Below the pieces are notes generated by a model. The model ran no database searches, was not told the origin of the DNA, and saw only the letters and a list, made by a program, of their open reading frames with translations. Source: Octopus sinensis (lineage: Eukaryota). From it: a DNA stretch of 64,000 nucleotides. Below are positions 51,818-64,000 of the stretch, in pieces. The translations under genes were made by a program, and so were the position numbers. The DNA lies in the NCBI RefSeq assembly GCF_006345805.1, contig NC_043010.1, forward strand, positions 8,370,001 through 8,434,000, given 5' to 3'. Each line of letters starts with the position of its first letter. Positions within the stretch are counted from its first letter, which is position 1.

Positions 51818-52561
51818 ACATTCGTATTTTAATACAAAACCACTGAATAGAGCCAGCCACTCAAACCAAGATATCATGATGGCAGCTGAAGGCGGTTTTA
51901 TCAAAAGATATTTATTCCATTTTAATCTAATGATAGTTATCAATGGTCATTTCTGTCTTTATAAATATATCTCTTTGAATAATGTAGGCTCTAACTACTG
52001 GTTATTTTAGGTATAGTTACTGGCAACCATATTGATTTCATAGAAGTCTAGTCATGCTTGCTTTTCATTTCCTTTCCTTTTTTTTTTTATAATTTACAAG
52101 AATAATTATTGAAGTTTTATATATAAACCAAAAAAAAAAAAAAAAAGAAGGAAAAAAGGAAAAAAGAAAACGAAGTAATTATCCTGTAATTTGCTAAAAT
52201 GCTGTTATGTCTAACTTGATAATAGTCATCAACTAATCTTCGACTGACGACAAGTTCTTAGTGTGAATCTTCTTTAGGTACCAGCCAGTCTTTCCAAAGA
52301 CGAAAGTTGAACAATTAAATGGAGTTACATCTGACAATTCATAATCAGGTTAATAATGTGTTTTTATCAAGCAATTATATTTTGTACTTAAGAAACTAAT
52401 TTTGTATTCAAAGATTACAGAAACTGAAACATCATTATTTTTTTTTTGTTTATTATTATCTATTTTTTTTTTTTTTTCAACCAATTAAAATCCAAATTTC
52501 TTTGCTGAAAGTAAAATTGAAATGAAACAAATCAAAATGAAAGAGAAGCTGTTTCCATTTA

Positions 52562-53258
52562 TACTCTTTTACTCTTTTACTTGTTTCAGTCATTTGACTG
52601 CGGCCATGCTGGAGCACTGCCTTTAATCGAGCAACTTGACCCCAGGATTTATTCTTTTGTAAGCCCAGTACTTATTCTATCGGTCTCCTTTGCCGAACCG
52701 CTAAGTAACGGGGACATAAACACACCACCTTTAATCGAGCAACTCGACCCCAGGACTTATTCTTTTGTAAGCCCAGTACTTATTCTATCGGTCTCTTTTG
52801 CCGAACCGCTAAGTAACGGGGACATAAACACACCACCTTTAATCGAGCAACTCGATCCCAGGACTTATTCTTTTGTAAGCCCAGTACTTATTCTATCGGT
52901 GTCTTTTGCCGAAGCGCTAAGTAATGGGGACATAAGCACACCACCTTTAATCGAGCAACTCGACCCCAGGATTTATTCTTTTGTAAGCCCAGTACTTATT
53001 CTATCGGTCTCTTTTGCCGAACCGCTAAGTAACGGGGACATAAACACACCAGCATCGGTTGTCAAGCAATGCTAGAGGGACAAACACAGACACACAAACA
53101 CACACATGCATACACACATATATATATATATACATATATACGACGGGCTTCTTTCAGTTTCCGTCTACCAAATCCACTCACAAGGCATTGGTCGGCCCGG
53201 GGCTATAGCAGAAGACACATACCCAAGGTGCCACGCAGTGGGACTGAACCCGGAACCA

Positions 53259-53332
<74 letters not shown>

Positions 53333-53465
53333 TATACATATATACGACGGGCTTCTTTCAGTTTCCGTCTACCAAATTCACTCACAAGGCATTGGTCGGC
53401 CCGGGGCTATAGCAGAAGACACTTACCCAAGGTGCCATGCAGTGGGACTGAACCCGGAACCATGC

Positions 53466-53507
<42 letters not shown>

Positions 53508-53598
53508 ATACATATATACGACGGGCTTCTTTCAGTTTCCGTCTACCAAATCCACTTACAAGGTTTTGGTCGGTCCAAGGCTATAGTAGAAGACACTT
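52562..53598 (-). mobile_element. SINE family B with two internal tandem amplifications
   Basis: 4 x 108-bp units (starts 52621, 52729, 52837, 52945) and 3 x ~180-200-bp units (starts about 53137, 53341, 53515). Confidence 0.9.
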
Positions 53599-54353
53599 GT
53601 TTAACAAACTTTATAAGATATCTTAGTCTGATGTGTTTATTAGTGTACCAATATACTTCTCACATTTCACAGTCATCAGATTCTGTTTACCAGAATCAAC
53701 CAATTACTGTTTACTAGAATTGTAGTTTCTTGATATAATAATGGATGGCAGGAAATACATGGAATACCAGAAGAGAGAAGGAGTGAACTTAAGAGATGAA
53801 TGAAGTCTAACTGACAAACAGTTAAAAAGAAGGAAAAAGGGAATGACTAAGTGAGAAGGAAAAAAGAGAAGAATAGAAGTTAGATGTAATAGAGAAATAT
53901 AGAATTCTGAAGAAAAGTGCTTTGAAAGTTTCTATTGATTCTGGAAGCTGGTTTGGCTGGTAATGGAGATTAAAGAGAAACAAATAAGTGCAATATATGT
54001 AGCAATTGTTCGTGGATAAAGAATAAGAAAAAAAATAGATAAAAAGAAAAAGAAGAATGGCTCATTGGTCAACTACTTATTTAGATAACAGTAATTGGTC
54101 TATAATGTATATGAATTATGAGCAAAAGGTTTGGTTGAATAAGTTTAAACTTAATAAAAGTAAAATTAGACAGAATGAAATAGTCAGAAATTGGAAAATA
54201 AAAATGTTGTGGGTTTTTAAATGTAAATGAACTCCTGACAGGCTTCTTAGTCTCAAGAAACAAAGATAAAATATGATGTTCATATATACTGAATAAATTT
54301 ATACATGAATATAAATACTCAGTATTTAGCTTAATTATATAAATATAACATAC

Positions 54354-54742
54354 GGCGCAGGAGTGGCTGTGTGGTAAGTAGCTTGCTTACCAACCACATG
54401 GTTCCGGGTTCAGTCCCACTGCATGTGGCATCTTGGGCAAGTGTCTTCTGCTATAGCCCCGGGCTGACCAATGCCTTGTGAGTGGATTTGGTAGACGGAA
54501 ACTGAAAGAAGCCCGTCGTATATATGTATATAAATATATGTGTGTGTGTATGTGTTTGTGTGTCTGTGTTTGTTCCCCTAGCATTGCTTGTGTGTTTACG
54601 TCCCCGTCACTTAGCGGTTCGGCAAAAGAGACCAATAGAATAAGTACTGGGCTTACAAAGAATAAGTCCCGGGGTCGATTTGCTCGACTAAAGGCGGTGC
54701 TCCAGCATGGCCGCAGCCAAATGGCTGAAACAAGTAAAAGAG
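54354..54742 (+). mobile_element. SINE family B inserted 1 nt inside the left Tc1 TIR
   Basis: Removing it joins TAC + AGCCTTGGCC, the mirror of the right end. Confidence 0.9.
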
Positions 54743-54992
54743 AGCCTTGGCCAAAAGTATTAGGCCAGCCCCAATGTTTTGGGGTTCTGCTATCACAGTG
54801 TTAAGGAAACTCGTTCACATGGTAGATTATCGTATATTTCACAATATACATTAGTTTTAATACCTGGTTGACCCTCCTTTAGCATCAGTTACCACTTTTA
54901 TACTCTACATATGCAACTAATTATGAGTAAGACCAACGTACAAAATTGACTTATGTTTCCTTGATTATTTCAGAGTTTTATGCTAAAATACA

Positions 54993-55395
54993 TCTTTATA
55001 TATAAAAGAGAGGTTGTGTGTCTGTCTGTCTCCTACGATTTAGATTCCTAACTACTCCCACATTTTGCGGTGCAGTTTAACCAAAACCGGATATCTTATA
55101 GTCGTGATTCATATCGAGCCCTTCTGGGTATCAGGGCGCGTCTACGATGAGTCTATGATTTAAAAAAAAATTTACCATCATTTTTTTCCATTTTAATGCA
55201 TTTTTCTCGCTATTATATAAGGGAAGTAACTCTCTAAAAATGTCTACGATGAGTCAATGATTAAAAATAAAATTTACCATAATTTTTTTTCTATTTTTAA
55301 TCCATTTTTTTGCTATTTTTTGGCTATAACCCTCTAAAAATGCTTATATAGTTATTTCCCTTACAAACCCGAGCAACGCCAGGCGATACTGCTAG
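54993..55395 (+). mobile_element. Non-autonomous Helitron inside the Tc1
   Basis: A|TCTTTATATATAAAAG ... CTAG|T; hairpin carries one substitution (CCCGAGCAACGCCAGG). Confidence 0.9.
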
Positions 55396-55653
55396 TTGTA
55401 GATACAGTAAATAAACAGTAATACGCCTAAAACAAGGGAGTTGAGTGAATGTGAGCGAGGTCAAATCATAGCTCATCATGAAGATGGAATGTCTCAAAGG
55501 CAAATTGCTCAGAAGATGAAATGTTCCTGATGTGCGACGCAAACGAATCTCAAGCACTTCATAGAGACAAAAGATGTGAGGAGAATGTAAAGAACAGGCA
55601 GAAAAAATGTTACTACACCTCGTGATGACAGATCCATCATCCATCTAGAAGCA

Positions 55654-56016
55654 CTCCGTCAGTTACGACGACGAGGGTTCCCGTTGATCCGAATCAACAG
55701 AACAACCTGCTCATGAAATTAACATGCAAGTGGCTGAGCACTCCACAGACACGTGTACCCTTAACGTAGTTCTCGGGGATATTCAGCGTGACAAGGCCGG
55801 CCCTTTGAAATACAGGTACAACAGAAACAGGAAGTAAGAGTGAGAGAAAGTTGTGGTGAAAGAGTACAGCAGGGATCGTCACCACCCCCTGCCGGAGCCT
55901 CGTGGAGCTTTAGGTGTTTTCGCTCAATAAACACTCACAACGCCCAGTCTGGGAATCGAAACCGCGATCCTATGACCGCGAGTCCGCTGCCCTAACCACT
56001 GGGCCATTGCGCCTCC
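55654..56016 (-). mobile_element. SINE family A inserted in the Tc1 transposase ORF
   Basis: TSD CCATCATCCATC on both sides; the reading frame DDRSIIH..QSLRNRRK resumes after it. Confidence 0.9.
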
Positions 56017-56285
56017 TAACCATCATCCATCAGTCACTCAGAAACAGAAGAAAAACATCGTTGGAGCTCTGTGCAGACTTCAATAAGGCAAGTTCTTCAC
56101 AAATATCAACCAGAACTGTTAGAAGAAGACTTGTAGAGTACGATCTGAAAGGCCGTAACACCAGGAAGAAGCCATGGGTTTCTGAAGCGAATATGGAAAA
56201 ACGTCTTCAATAGGCCAAAAACCACTGAAATTGAACCAGTGAGCAATTGTCAAAAGTCATATGGTCTGACGAAAGTAACTATGAA

Positions 56286-56402
56286 GTAAGACAGTACATG
56301 TATTCAATCAACATATGAACTTAATGTAACTGGTTTGTTGCCCAAAATATATAAAAAAGTATCCAACATAAAGCTAATATTATCTTTCATGTTTTTACTC
56401 AG
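56286..56402 (+). other. 117-nt spliceosomal intron in the Tc1 transposase
   Basis: GAA|GTAAGA ... gctaat ... tatctttcatgtttttactcAG|GAT; in-frame TGA inside; removal restores WSDESNYEDFGTSG. Confidence 0.8.
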
Positions 56403-58549
56403 GATTTTGGTACATCTGGTGCAACTTTTGTGCATCGCAGAGTTGGCGAAGCATTTGATGCTGAATGTCTGGTACCAACCATAAAACGTGGGAGTCGTTC
56501 TATATTGATGTGGGCCTGCATGTCTGCCACAGGACCCGGAGAAATGTTTTTATGTCAGGGAAGGATAAATTCAGCTACCTATGTTTCTATGTTATCAGAT
56601 ATTTTAGAGCCATCAATTGCTAAATTGCATCCAGAAGTGTCGAAAAACAGTGTTATCTTTTTAACAGAACACCGCTCCATGTCATACAGCAAAAAATACT
56701 CATCAAGGGTTTGAAAAACAGGGTATTGTTCCCATGGACTGGCCAGCTCAAAGTCCTGATCTAAATCCAATAAAACACTTATAAGGAACTCTTGGTGAAG
56801 CTTTCAGGAACACAACAATCAAAAATAAAGAGAACATTTGTACCAAACGTTGATAGAAAAATGGAGTAAAATTGCACCTACCTGCAAGAAACCAGTTGAT
56901 TCAATGCCTAACCGTATAAAAGTGGTAACTGATGTTAAAGGAAGGTCAACCAGATATCAAAACTAATGTATATTGTGAAATATATCATAATCTACCATGT
57001 GTACGAGTTTCATTAACATTGAGATAGCAGAGTTCCAAAACATTGGGGTAGCCTAAAACATTGGGGTAGCCTAATACTTATGACCAAGGCTGTACTTCAC
57101 AAATCAGCTAGTGTAGGAATGGAAAACAAGGAAAATCTTTTGGTGAACACTTGACCTACTAGAAAATGCATCAAAATCTTCCCCTGATAACCAATTGTCT
57201 TAAATAATGATATTAAATATTAAATGAAGAAGCCTGTTGTATGTGTGTGTGTGTGTGTATATGTAGGGAAAGTTTATGAAAAAAAACAAAAGACGAAAGC
57301 AGGTGGTGTACAAAACAAACAGATGTATTAGTATAACGCTCAGGAATAGAAAAAGTCTTTTATGTTTCGAGCCTACGCTCTTCTACTGAAAGGGACACAG
57401 AAAAACAAGGAGAGAAAAAAAATGTGTGTAGTGGCTAACGATATGTATATCTAAGTGTTTGTGTCTCTTTCTGTCTGTGTTTGTCCCCACCACCCACCAC
57501 TTGACTAATAGATTAGGATTAAAAAAATAATTATTGGGATGGATTCATTAGACTAAAAATTGAAATTAGTTCCATACAATGGCTGCTGTCTAATGACTGA
57601 AACAAATAAAAGATAAAATGAAAGATTCTGTAGTTCTATGGAAGTCTTAAAAAGAAGATGACATGGTCTTACATCATATTTTTGCTCGGAACTAAACAAC
57701 AACAATAACAACAACAGGTAGGTTGTGGAAGGGTAGAATTTTTATGATGGCAGATGAAATGCCAAAGATATTGGGTTATAGGCCTTTAAACTGTCTAGTT
57801 ACTTCAAATCTCACTAGGGTCAAATTTGTTTTTTTATTCTTTTGGGGTTCAATAAAATAAAATAATTACTAAAGCAATGTAAGGTAAAATAAAACTTTAT
57901 AATGAAAAAATATGATTTATTGTCTATATATATATATTCACATTATTTTTGTACAGTAAAATGTGTTTATTATTGACTGCAAATAGTCAAAACAAAAAAA
58001 TTTAAATTTATATTTTATGGCAACAACACAATATTTAGAAAAAAAAAATCAAACAGAACAAAATAAATAAGCAATGATTTAAAAATAAAATCAATATTTG
58101 TAAAAACACTGACAGGAAATGTTGGTGAATTGTGACCATCACAATGAACTGGAAATTGGTAATTAAAAAAGGATGGCAAAAAAAAACAACAAAAAAAATC
58201 GAAGGCCAAAAATCTTAATAATTTCCTTTGGTCGAAATGGATTAACAACACTAATAAACCTTATTTCCTTACCTGTTTAAGCAACCAATTAATTATTATT
58301 TATTCTTAAAGATCAGAGTAATTGCTTACAGTAAATTTTTACAATGAATGTTTTTAAAATACAAAGGGGACGCACATTTGTCACATGACCCATAGACATT
58401 GATAGAATTCAGAAGCAACAGCAAGATTTCTTGCATTGGTCCTTACCTGATTGCATTCCAGGGAATGAATAAAATTAAGTGTATCACACACACACACGCA
58501 TACTTGCACATACTTGCACACACATGCATACAGTAACGTGTACACACGG

Positions 58550-58950
58550 TCATACATGCATAAATGCATACATACATACATACATACATGCATACATGCA
58601 TGCATACATACATACATACATACATACATGCATACATGCATGCATACATACAGACATACATACATACATACATACATACATTCATACATACATACATTCA
58701 TACATACATACATACATACATACATACATACATTCATACATACATTCATACATACATACATACATACATACATACATACATACATACATACATACATACA
58801 TACATACATACATACACACGTACATACATACATACATACATACTTGCATACATACATACATACATACATACATACATACATACATACATGCATGCATACA
58901 TACATACATACATACATACATACATACATGCATACATATATACATATACA
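58550..58950. repeat. (ATAC)n microsatellite
   Basis: Direct reading. Confidence 0.95.
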
Positions 58951-59289
58951 TTAGTGGTGCATTAGCATTGATTTTATGTACAACATCTTTGTAGACCGAA
59001 AATTAAAGAACAGCCAAATCTGTTTCAAACTGGTGCTGGAATTTCAACAACAATCAAATCCCTATCACCATGATAAAGCTGATATAAAATGATGATGAAC
59101 AACACACCACACACACACACACACACACTCATATGTATATGTTTATGTGTGCATATATATATGTATGTGTGTGTATGTGTGTGTGTGTATATATATATGT
59201 ATATACACATATATATATTGTATGTATATATATATATATATATATATAGTAGCGTCAACATTTACAGTTCTGTAAATAATACATATATA

Positions 59290-59343
<54 letters not shown>

Positions 59344-59675
59344 CATCTATATATCTATATATACATATATATGTATATAAACATATATATAGATATACAT
59401 GTATATAAATATATATGTATATATATGTATGTATATACATGTAAACATATAGTCTGTGTGTGCGTGTGTGTGTGTGTGTGTGTAGTGAACAATCTTTGAT
59501 CATGCTTTTTCCTGCATTTGCTCTGTATATCACAACTGGCAATACTGCTAAGTACAGTAGTAACCACTCTGCTATACTGGAAGTAGACTGGATGGGGATA
59601 CTCTATGTAAAGCTCTAAATTTACTGGTGCCATTCATATTTCTGTCTATAAGAATATATATTTGCACACACACAT

Positions 59676-59711
<36 letters not shown>

Positions 59712-59932
59712 ATGCATATATATATTTACACACACACAAGGACACATTTATACATCTATCTATCTATTTATCTCTCTATCTACCTATATATATATAATAT
59801 AATAAGAGTAAATAATATCTTTAATGGTTTTTAAAAAAACCAACAATTATTTACTGGTAGATTTCGGCATGTAAATATAACCATTAACGGTAGGAACTTC
59901 TATAAAGTTCAGTATATATATATTGCCTGCCC

Positions 59933-59982
<50 letters not shown>

Positions 59983-59997
59983 TACATATACATACAT

Positions 59998-60028
<31 letters not shown>

Positions 60029-60301
60029 CATATGTACATGAGCTGTCTAAGAGTAATATATCTGTCAGTAGAGTGGGTATATTATCTAAAGTGTATAGTA
60101 TTAAATATCCATCACAGCTGGTCTTAGCAATCAGTTTTGCATAAAGAATGGAGTGTTAGGTACCAAACTGGTTATACAACTTTACGCTCATCAGAGTTAG
60201 CCGATATGGAAAGAAATATGGTGACTGCTCTCTCTCTCTCTACACACACATATATATATATACATTACATACATATATATACATACATATATATACGTAC
60301 A

Positions 60302-60354
<53 letters not shown>

Positions 60355-60439
60355 TATATATATATATATATATAATATATATATATATATTATATATATA
60401 TATACATACATAGTTTTCGTGTGTAGCAAATGCTCAGGG

Positions 60440-61530
60440 TCAATAAACACTGAAAATGTGCAGAAAACAACTTCCGTCACATGCCAGAGAACAAACTAGA
60501 AGTAGTTGATAGCTTCTGTTACTTAGGTGGCCAAGTCAGTGGTGGGGTTGGATGCTCTGAAAGTGTAGCTGCTAGAATAAGAATAGCCTGGGCAAAGTTT
60601 TGAGAGCTCCTACCTCTGCCGCTGACAAAGGGCATCTCACTCAGTGTAAAAAGCAGACTGTATGATGCATGTGTGCAAACAGCCATGGTACATGGCAGTG
60701 AAACATGAGCCATGACTGCTGATGACATGCATAAGCTGGCAAGGAATGAAGCTAGTATGCTCCACTGGATGTTTAATGTCAGTGTGCATACACGACAGAG
60801 TGTAAGTGCCCTGTGAGAAAAGTTGGACATAAGAAGCATCAGATGTGGTATGCAAGAGAGTCAACTCCATGCGTATGGATGAGGACAGCTGTGTGAAAAA
60901 GTGTCACACCCTAGCAGTAAAGGGAATCTGTGGAAGATTTAGATCTAGGTACACCTGGAATGAAGTGGTGAAGCATGACCTTTGAAAGTTGGGCCGCACA
61001 GAAGCAATGACAAGCAACTGAGACCTTTGGAGATATGCCGTGCTTGAGAAGATCCGGCAAGCCAAGTGGGACCGTAACCGTGGCCTGTACCAGTGCAGCA
61101 TAACCGGCCCATTTATGAGTAATCATTGGGAAATAAACTGTGCTTGTAAAGACCAGTTGAGTCCTATGAAGTCATTGTCATAGCCGATGACAAAACCAGC
61201 TGATTGGCACCTGTGCCAGTGGAATGTAAGAAGCACCATTTAATCATGGTTGGTGCCAGTGCCACCTGACTGGCTCCTGTGTTGGTGGCATGTAAAAAGC
61301 ACCGTTCAAGTGTGGTCGATGCCTGTTTCACCTGACTGTTCCTGTGCTGGTGGCACATAAAAAACACCCACTACACTCTCAGTCTTGTTGATTTTAGGAT
61401 GGGCATCCAGCTGTGGAACTCTGCCAGATCAGATTATAACCTGGTACAACGTTCTGGCTTGCAAGCCCTCAGTGAAACCGTCCAACCTATGCCAGCATGG
61501 ACAGCGGACATTAAACGACAATGATGATGA
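60440..61530 (+). mobile_element. RTE-clade LINE 3' fragment (degenerate ORF2 + 3'UTR)
   Basis: KLEVVDSFCYLGGQVS..ARIRIAWAKF*ELLPL..RLYDACVQTAMVHGSET*..EASMLHWMFNV; the 3'UTR ends ggacattaaacgacaatgatgatga. Confidence 0.85.
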
Positions 61531-61569
61531 CATATAAACATATATATGTATATAAATTAATCAAAGGAG

Positions 61570-61694
61570 ATACTAATGTATGTATGCATGTATATATGTA
61601 TGTATGTATGTATGTATGCATGCATGTATGTATGCATGTATGCATGCATGCATGTATGTATGTATGTATGTATGTATGTATGTATGTATGTATG

Positions 61695-61728
<34 letters not shown>

Positions 61729-61826
61729 TGCATGTATGTATGTATATATGTATGTATGTATGTATGCATGTATGCATGCATGTATGTATGTATGTATGCA
61801 TGTATGCATGCATGTATGTATGTATG

Positions 61827-61860
<34 letters not shown>

Positions 61861-62305
61861 TGTATGTATGAATGTATGTATGTATGTATGTATATATGTA
61901 TGTATGTATGTATGTATGCATGTATGTATGCATATATGCATGCATGTATGTATGCATGTATGCATGCATGTATGTATGTATGTATGTATGTATGTATGTA
62001 TGCATGCATGTATGTATGTATGTATGTATGTATGTATGAATGTATGTATGTATGTATGTATGCATGCATGTATGTATGTATGTATGTATTAATGTATGTA
62101 TGTATGTATGTATGTATTATGTATTTATGTATGTATGTATGTCATGCATGTATGTATGTATGTATGTATGTATGTATGTATGCATGCATGTATGTATGTA
62201 GTGTATGTATGTATGTATGTCATGCATGATGTATGTAGGATGTATGTATGTATGTTGTATGTATGCTGCATGTATGTATGTATGTATGTATGTATGTATG
62301 TATAA
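61570..62305. repeat. (TATG)n microsatellite, about 730 bp
   Basis: Direct reading. Confidence 0.95.
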
Positions 62306-62758
62306 TGATTTTGCTGAAGCATAGCAATACTAATAACCAGTTGTTAAAAGTCAATATACATTTGCTTTAGAGTAATGCATCAGGTGGTTACATAGCATAA
62401 TATTAATTAATGAATGACAAAGGAACAGGAGTCACAAAATCGACTTCATTATTTTACAGCTGGTTTTGCTATAAGAAGTGCACTTAGAGTTGAGTGCTTG
62501 TGCAACAATCCTATAGCTTCTTCAGAGCCATTAAAATGAAGCATACGTTTATTTCAGAAAGCATTTAAATATCTATATATGTATACATGCATACACACAC
62601 ACACACGCATTGTAATACAGGTATACAATCCAAAAGATCTTGGTACAGGAAATTAGTACAGATTTACCTTCTCCATTCTCTACACCTATCAATACATGTA
62701 TGCGTATATTATAAATATATATATAAACACATATGTACATATATATATACTTACAAAC

Positions 62759-62837
<79 letters not shown>

Positions 62838-63245
62838 ATATATATATATAATATATATACATATATATATATGTGTGTATATATATATAATATATATACA
62901 TATATATATATATATGTATTATAATATATATATATTATATATATATATATATATACATGATATATACATATATACACATAAGCAGAAAGTTGATTTACTG
63001 TACATATAAATATTGTCACATTATTCCAATTTGTTGACCACCGAAGAAATTCTATAGAGTTTGAAATATTTCAGGGTTTGGTAATCTGGATTATTTCACA
63101 ACTTTCACAACAAACATTGAACTGGTTTATATCTCTTCTACAGTTCTTGTGTACTCGTTATGTGTCTTTGCATTTTTACCATTTTCCCCCTTCTTGAAAA
63201 TAGTATTTATAAAAAGAGTTATGTCAGCAAAATATCAAAGTATCA

Positions 63246-63526
63246 TTATGTGTTTGATATCTTTGGTATTGCTGGGAGTGGTTTTGTGTAAGTTGTAAAA
63301 CTATTCTGTGATGGCATGTTCCATGGTTCCGTAGGAATATTAGGATAACTACTATGTACTGGTGTTGACTTTAGATCAATAACATCTTTGCAAGGAGTGT
63401 TCTGATTAATATTGGCCTGGTAAGACGGCCTAGTCAAGGTATTTATGTCCTGTGATCTGTTGTTTGTCTGTGGTAAAGACTTCCTACCTGTGTTCTTGAA
63501 CTTTTCAGGTTGGCAATATGTGTGAC
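63246..63526 (-). CDS. Putative terminal coding exon (phase-1 acceptor, 92 codons + stop) of an upstream minus-strand gene, possibly a tandem protocadherin cytoplasmic tail
   Basis: Strong acceptor ttctcttttcttttgctttag|GT, then an open frame HTYCQPEKFKNTGRKSLPQTNNRSQDINTLTRPSYQ...TKPLPAIPKISNT*. S/T/P/N-rich unique sequence. AATAAA on the minus strand at 62553-62548. Assignment to a protocadherin is inference. Confidence 0.6.
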
Positions 63527-63639
63527 CTAAAGCAAAAGAAAAGAGAACGTAACATCATTTTTCATTTAAATTAAAAAATTTTTGCAATCAGATTAGTAAA
63601 GTAAGGATCATAACAAGGTGATTCGTATTTTGTTTCTAG

Positions 63640-64000
63640 GGTGATGGATCATAGTTTACCAAAGATTGTGCTGTAATGGCAAACTTTCAACTGATTATCA
63701 TGAAGGTGGGACACTGAGAGAAAGGTGCAAGAATTCTTGGAAGAAATCCCTTGATTTCTGTCACCATCACAATGACCATAATTAATGGGCTATGACAGCC
63801 TTCAATTACCTCCAACTTCTGGCAACAAACTATCCACCAGTATGTCTCCTTCTTTGAGAACATGCAGTGCTGACCTTGGGCACGAAAGGAAATTGAAGAA
63901 GAAACATGATACAGAAGCACAAAAAAAGCCAGAACAGCATTTTGCTTGCAGCTAGTGTGGTTATGCCTGCGCTTCTCATATTGATCTTTTTAGTTTCCAG
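63640..64000 (+). mobile_element. Degenerate RTE/BovB-like LINE ORF2 C-terminal relic
   Basis: Frameshifted MDHSLPKIVL..EGGTLRERCKNSWKKSLDFC.. and FACS*CGYACASHIDLFS resemble the RLPK.VLYGEL..GG.RKR.KD.LK and terminal CxxCG..C.SRIGL.SH motifs. Confidence 0.55.

Larger units (their letters stand above)
54353..57092 (+). mobile_element. Tc1 (DD34E-type) DNA transposon with ~160-bp TIRs, decayed intron-containing transposase and three nested insertions
   Basis: TA TSDs at 54351-54352 and 57093-57094. TIR CAGCCTTGG(C/T)CA(A/T)AAGTATTAGG... Transposase (M)PKTRELSECERGQII...WSDESNYE|DFG...QNTAPCH-(34 aa)-WPAQSPDLNPIKH...MPNRIKVVTDVKGRSTRYQN*, with stops and frameshifts. Confidence 0.92.

Noticed and set aside
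52581-53717. Repeat-containing ORFs (164, 185 and 203 aa); also considered as a CRISPR-like array
   Set aside because: These are tandem duplications of SINE modules with no unique spacers and no cas genes, in eukaryotic DNA.
3276-62322. Dozens of ORFs rich in YI, MYVC, HTYI, II, HH, MM, LS or NN
   Set aside because: They are translations of (TA)n, (TATG)n, (CAT)n, (TTA)n, (TATC)n and (GA)-rich repeats, which lack stops in some frames.

Overview
This is AT-rich animal genomic DNA with no prokaryotic features. The protocadherin type, the SINE families and the very dense (TA)n/(ATAC)n/(TTA)n/(CAT)n microsatellites point to an octopod cephalopod (inference). The one clearly recognisable host gene is a minus-strand protocadherin (10815-8387: signal peptide, 6 cadherin repeats, TM helix, start of cytoplasmic tail). 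It is split by a single 1-nt frameshift at ~9676 and has a splice acceptor just upstream of the ATG and a donor at 8410. A second, spliced minus-strand terminal coding exon (63526-63246) probably belongs to an upstream gene, possibly a tandem protocadherin. The ~52 kb between them is filled with transposable elements: three tRNA-type SINE families, RTE, CR1-like and R4/Dong LINE fragments, four non-autonomous Helitrons, Tc1/mariner relics, and piggyBac and other MITEs. The most unusual items are (i) a 406-bp near-perfect palindrome with a complete type-I minimal hammerhead ribozyme motif in each arm, (ii) a Tc1 transposon with an intron in its catalytic domain and three nested insertions, and (iii) a ~560-bp (TTA)n-flanked element next to a Dong/R4 retrotransposon. 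Most ORFs in the supplied track are translated microsatellites. All alignments were done by eye, element boundaries are approximate (about +/-10 nt unless TSDs are quoted), and family names need database confirmation.
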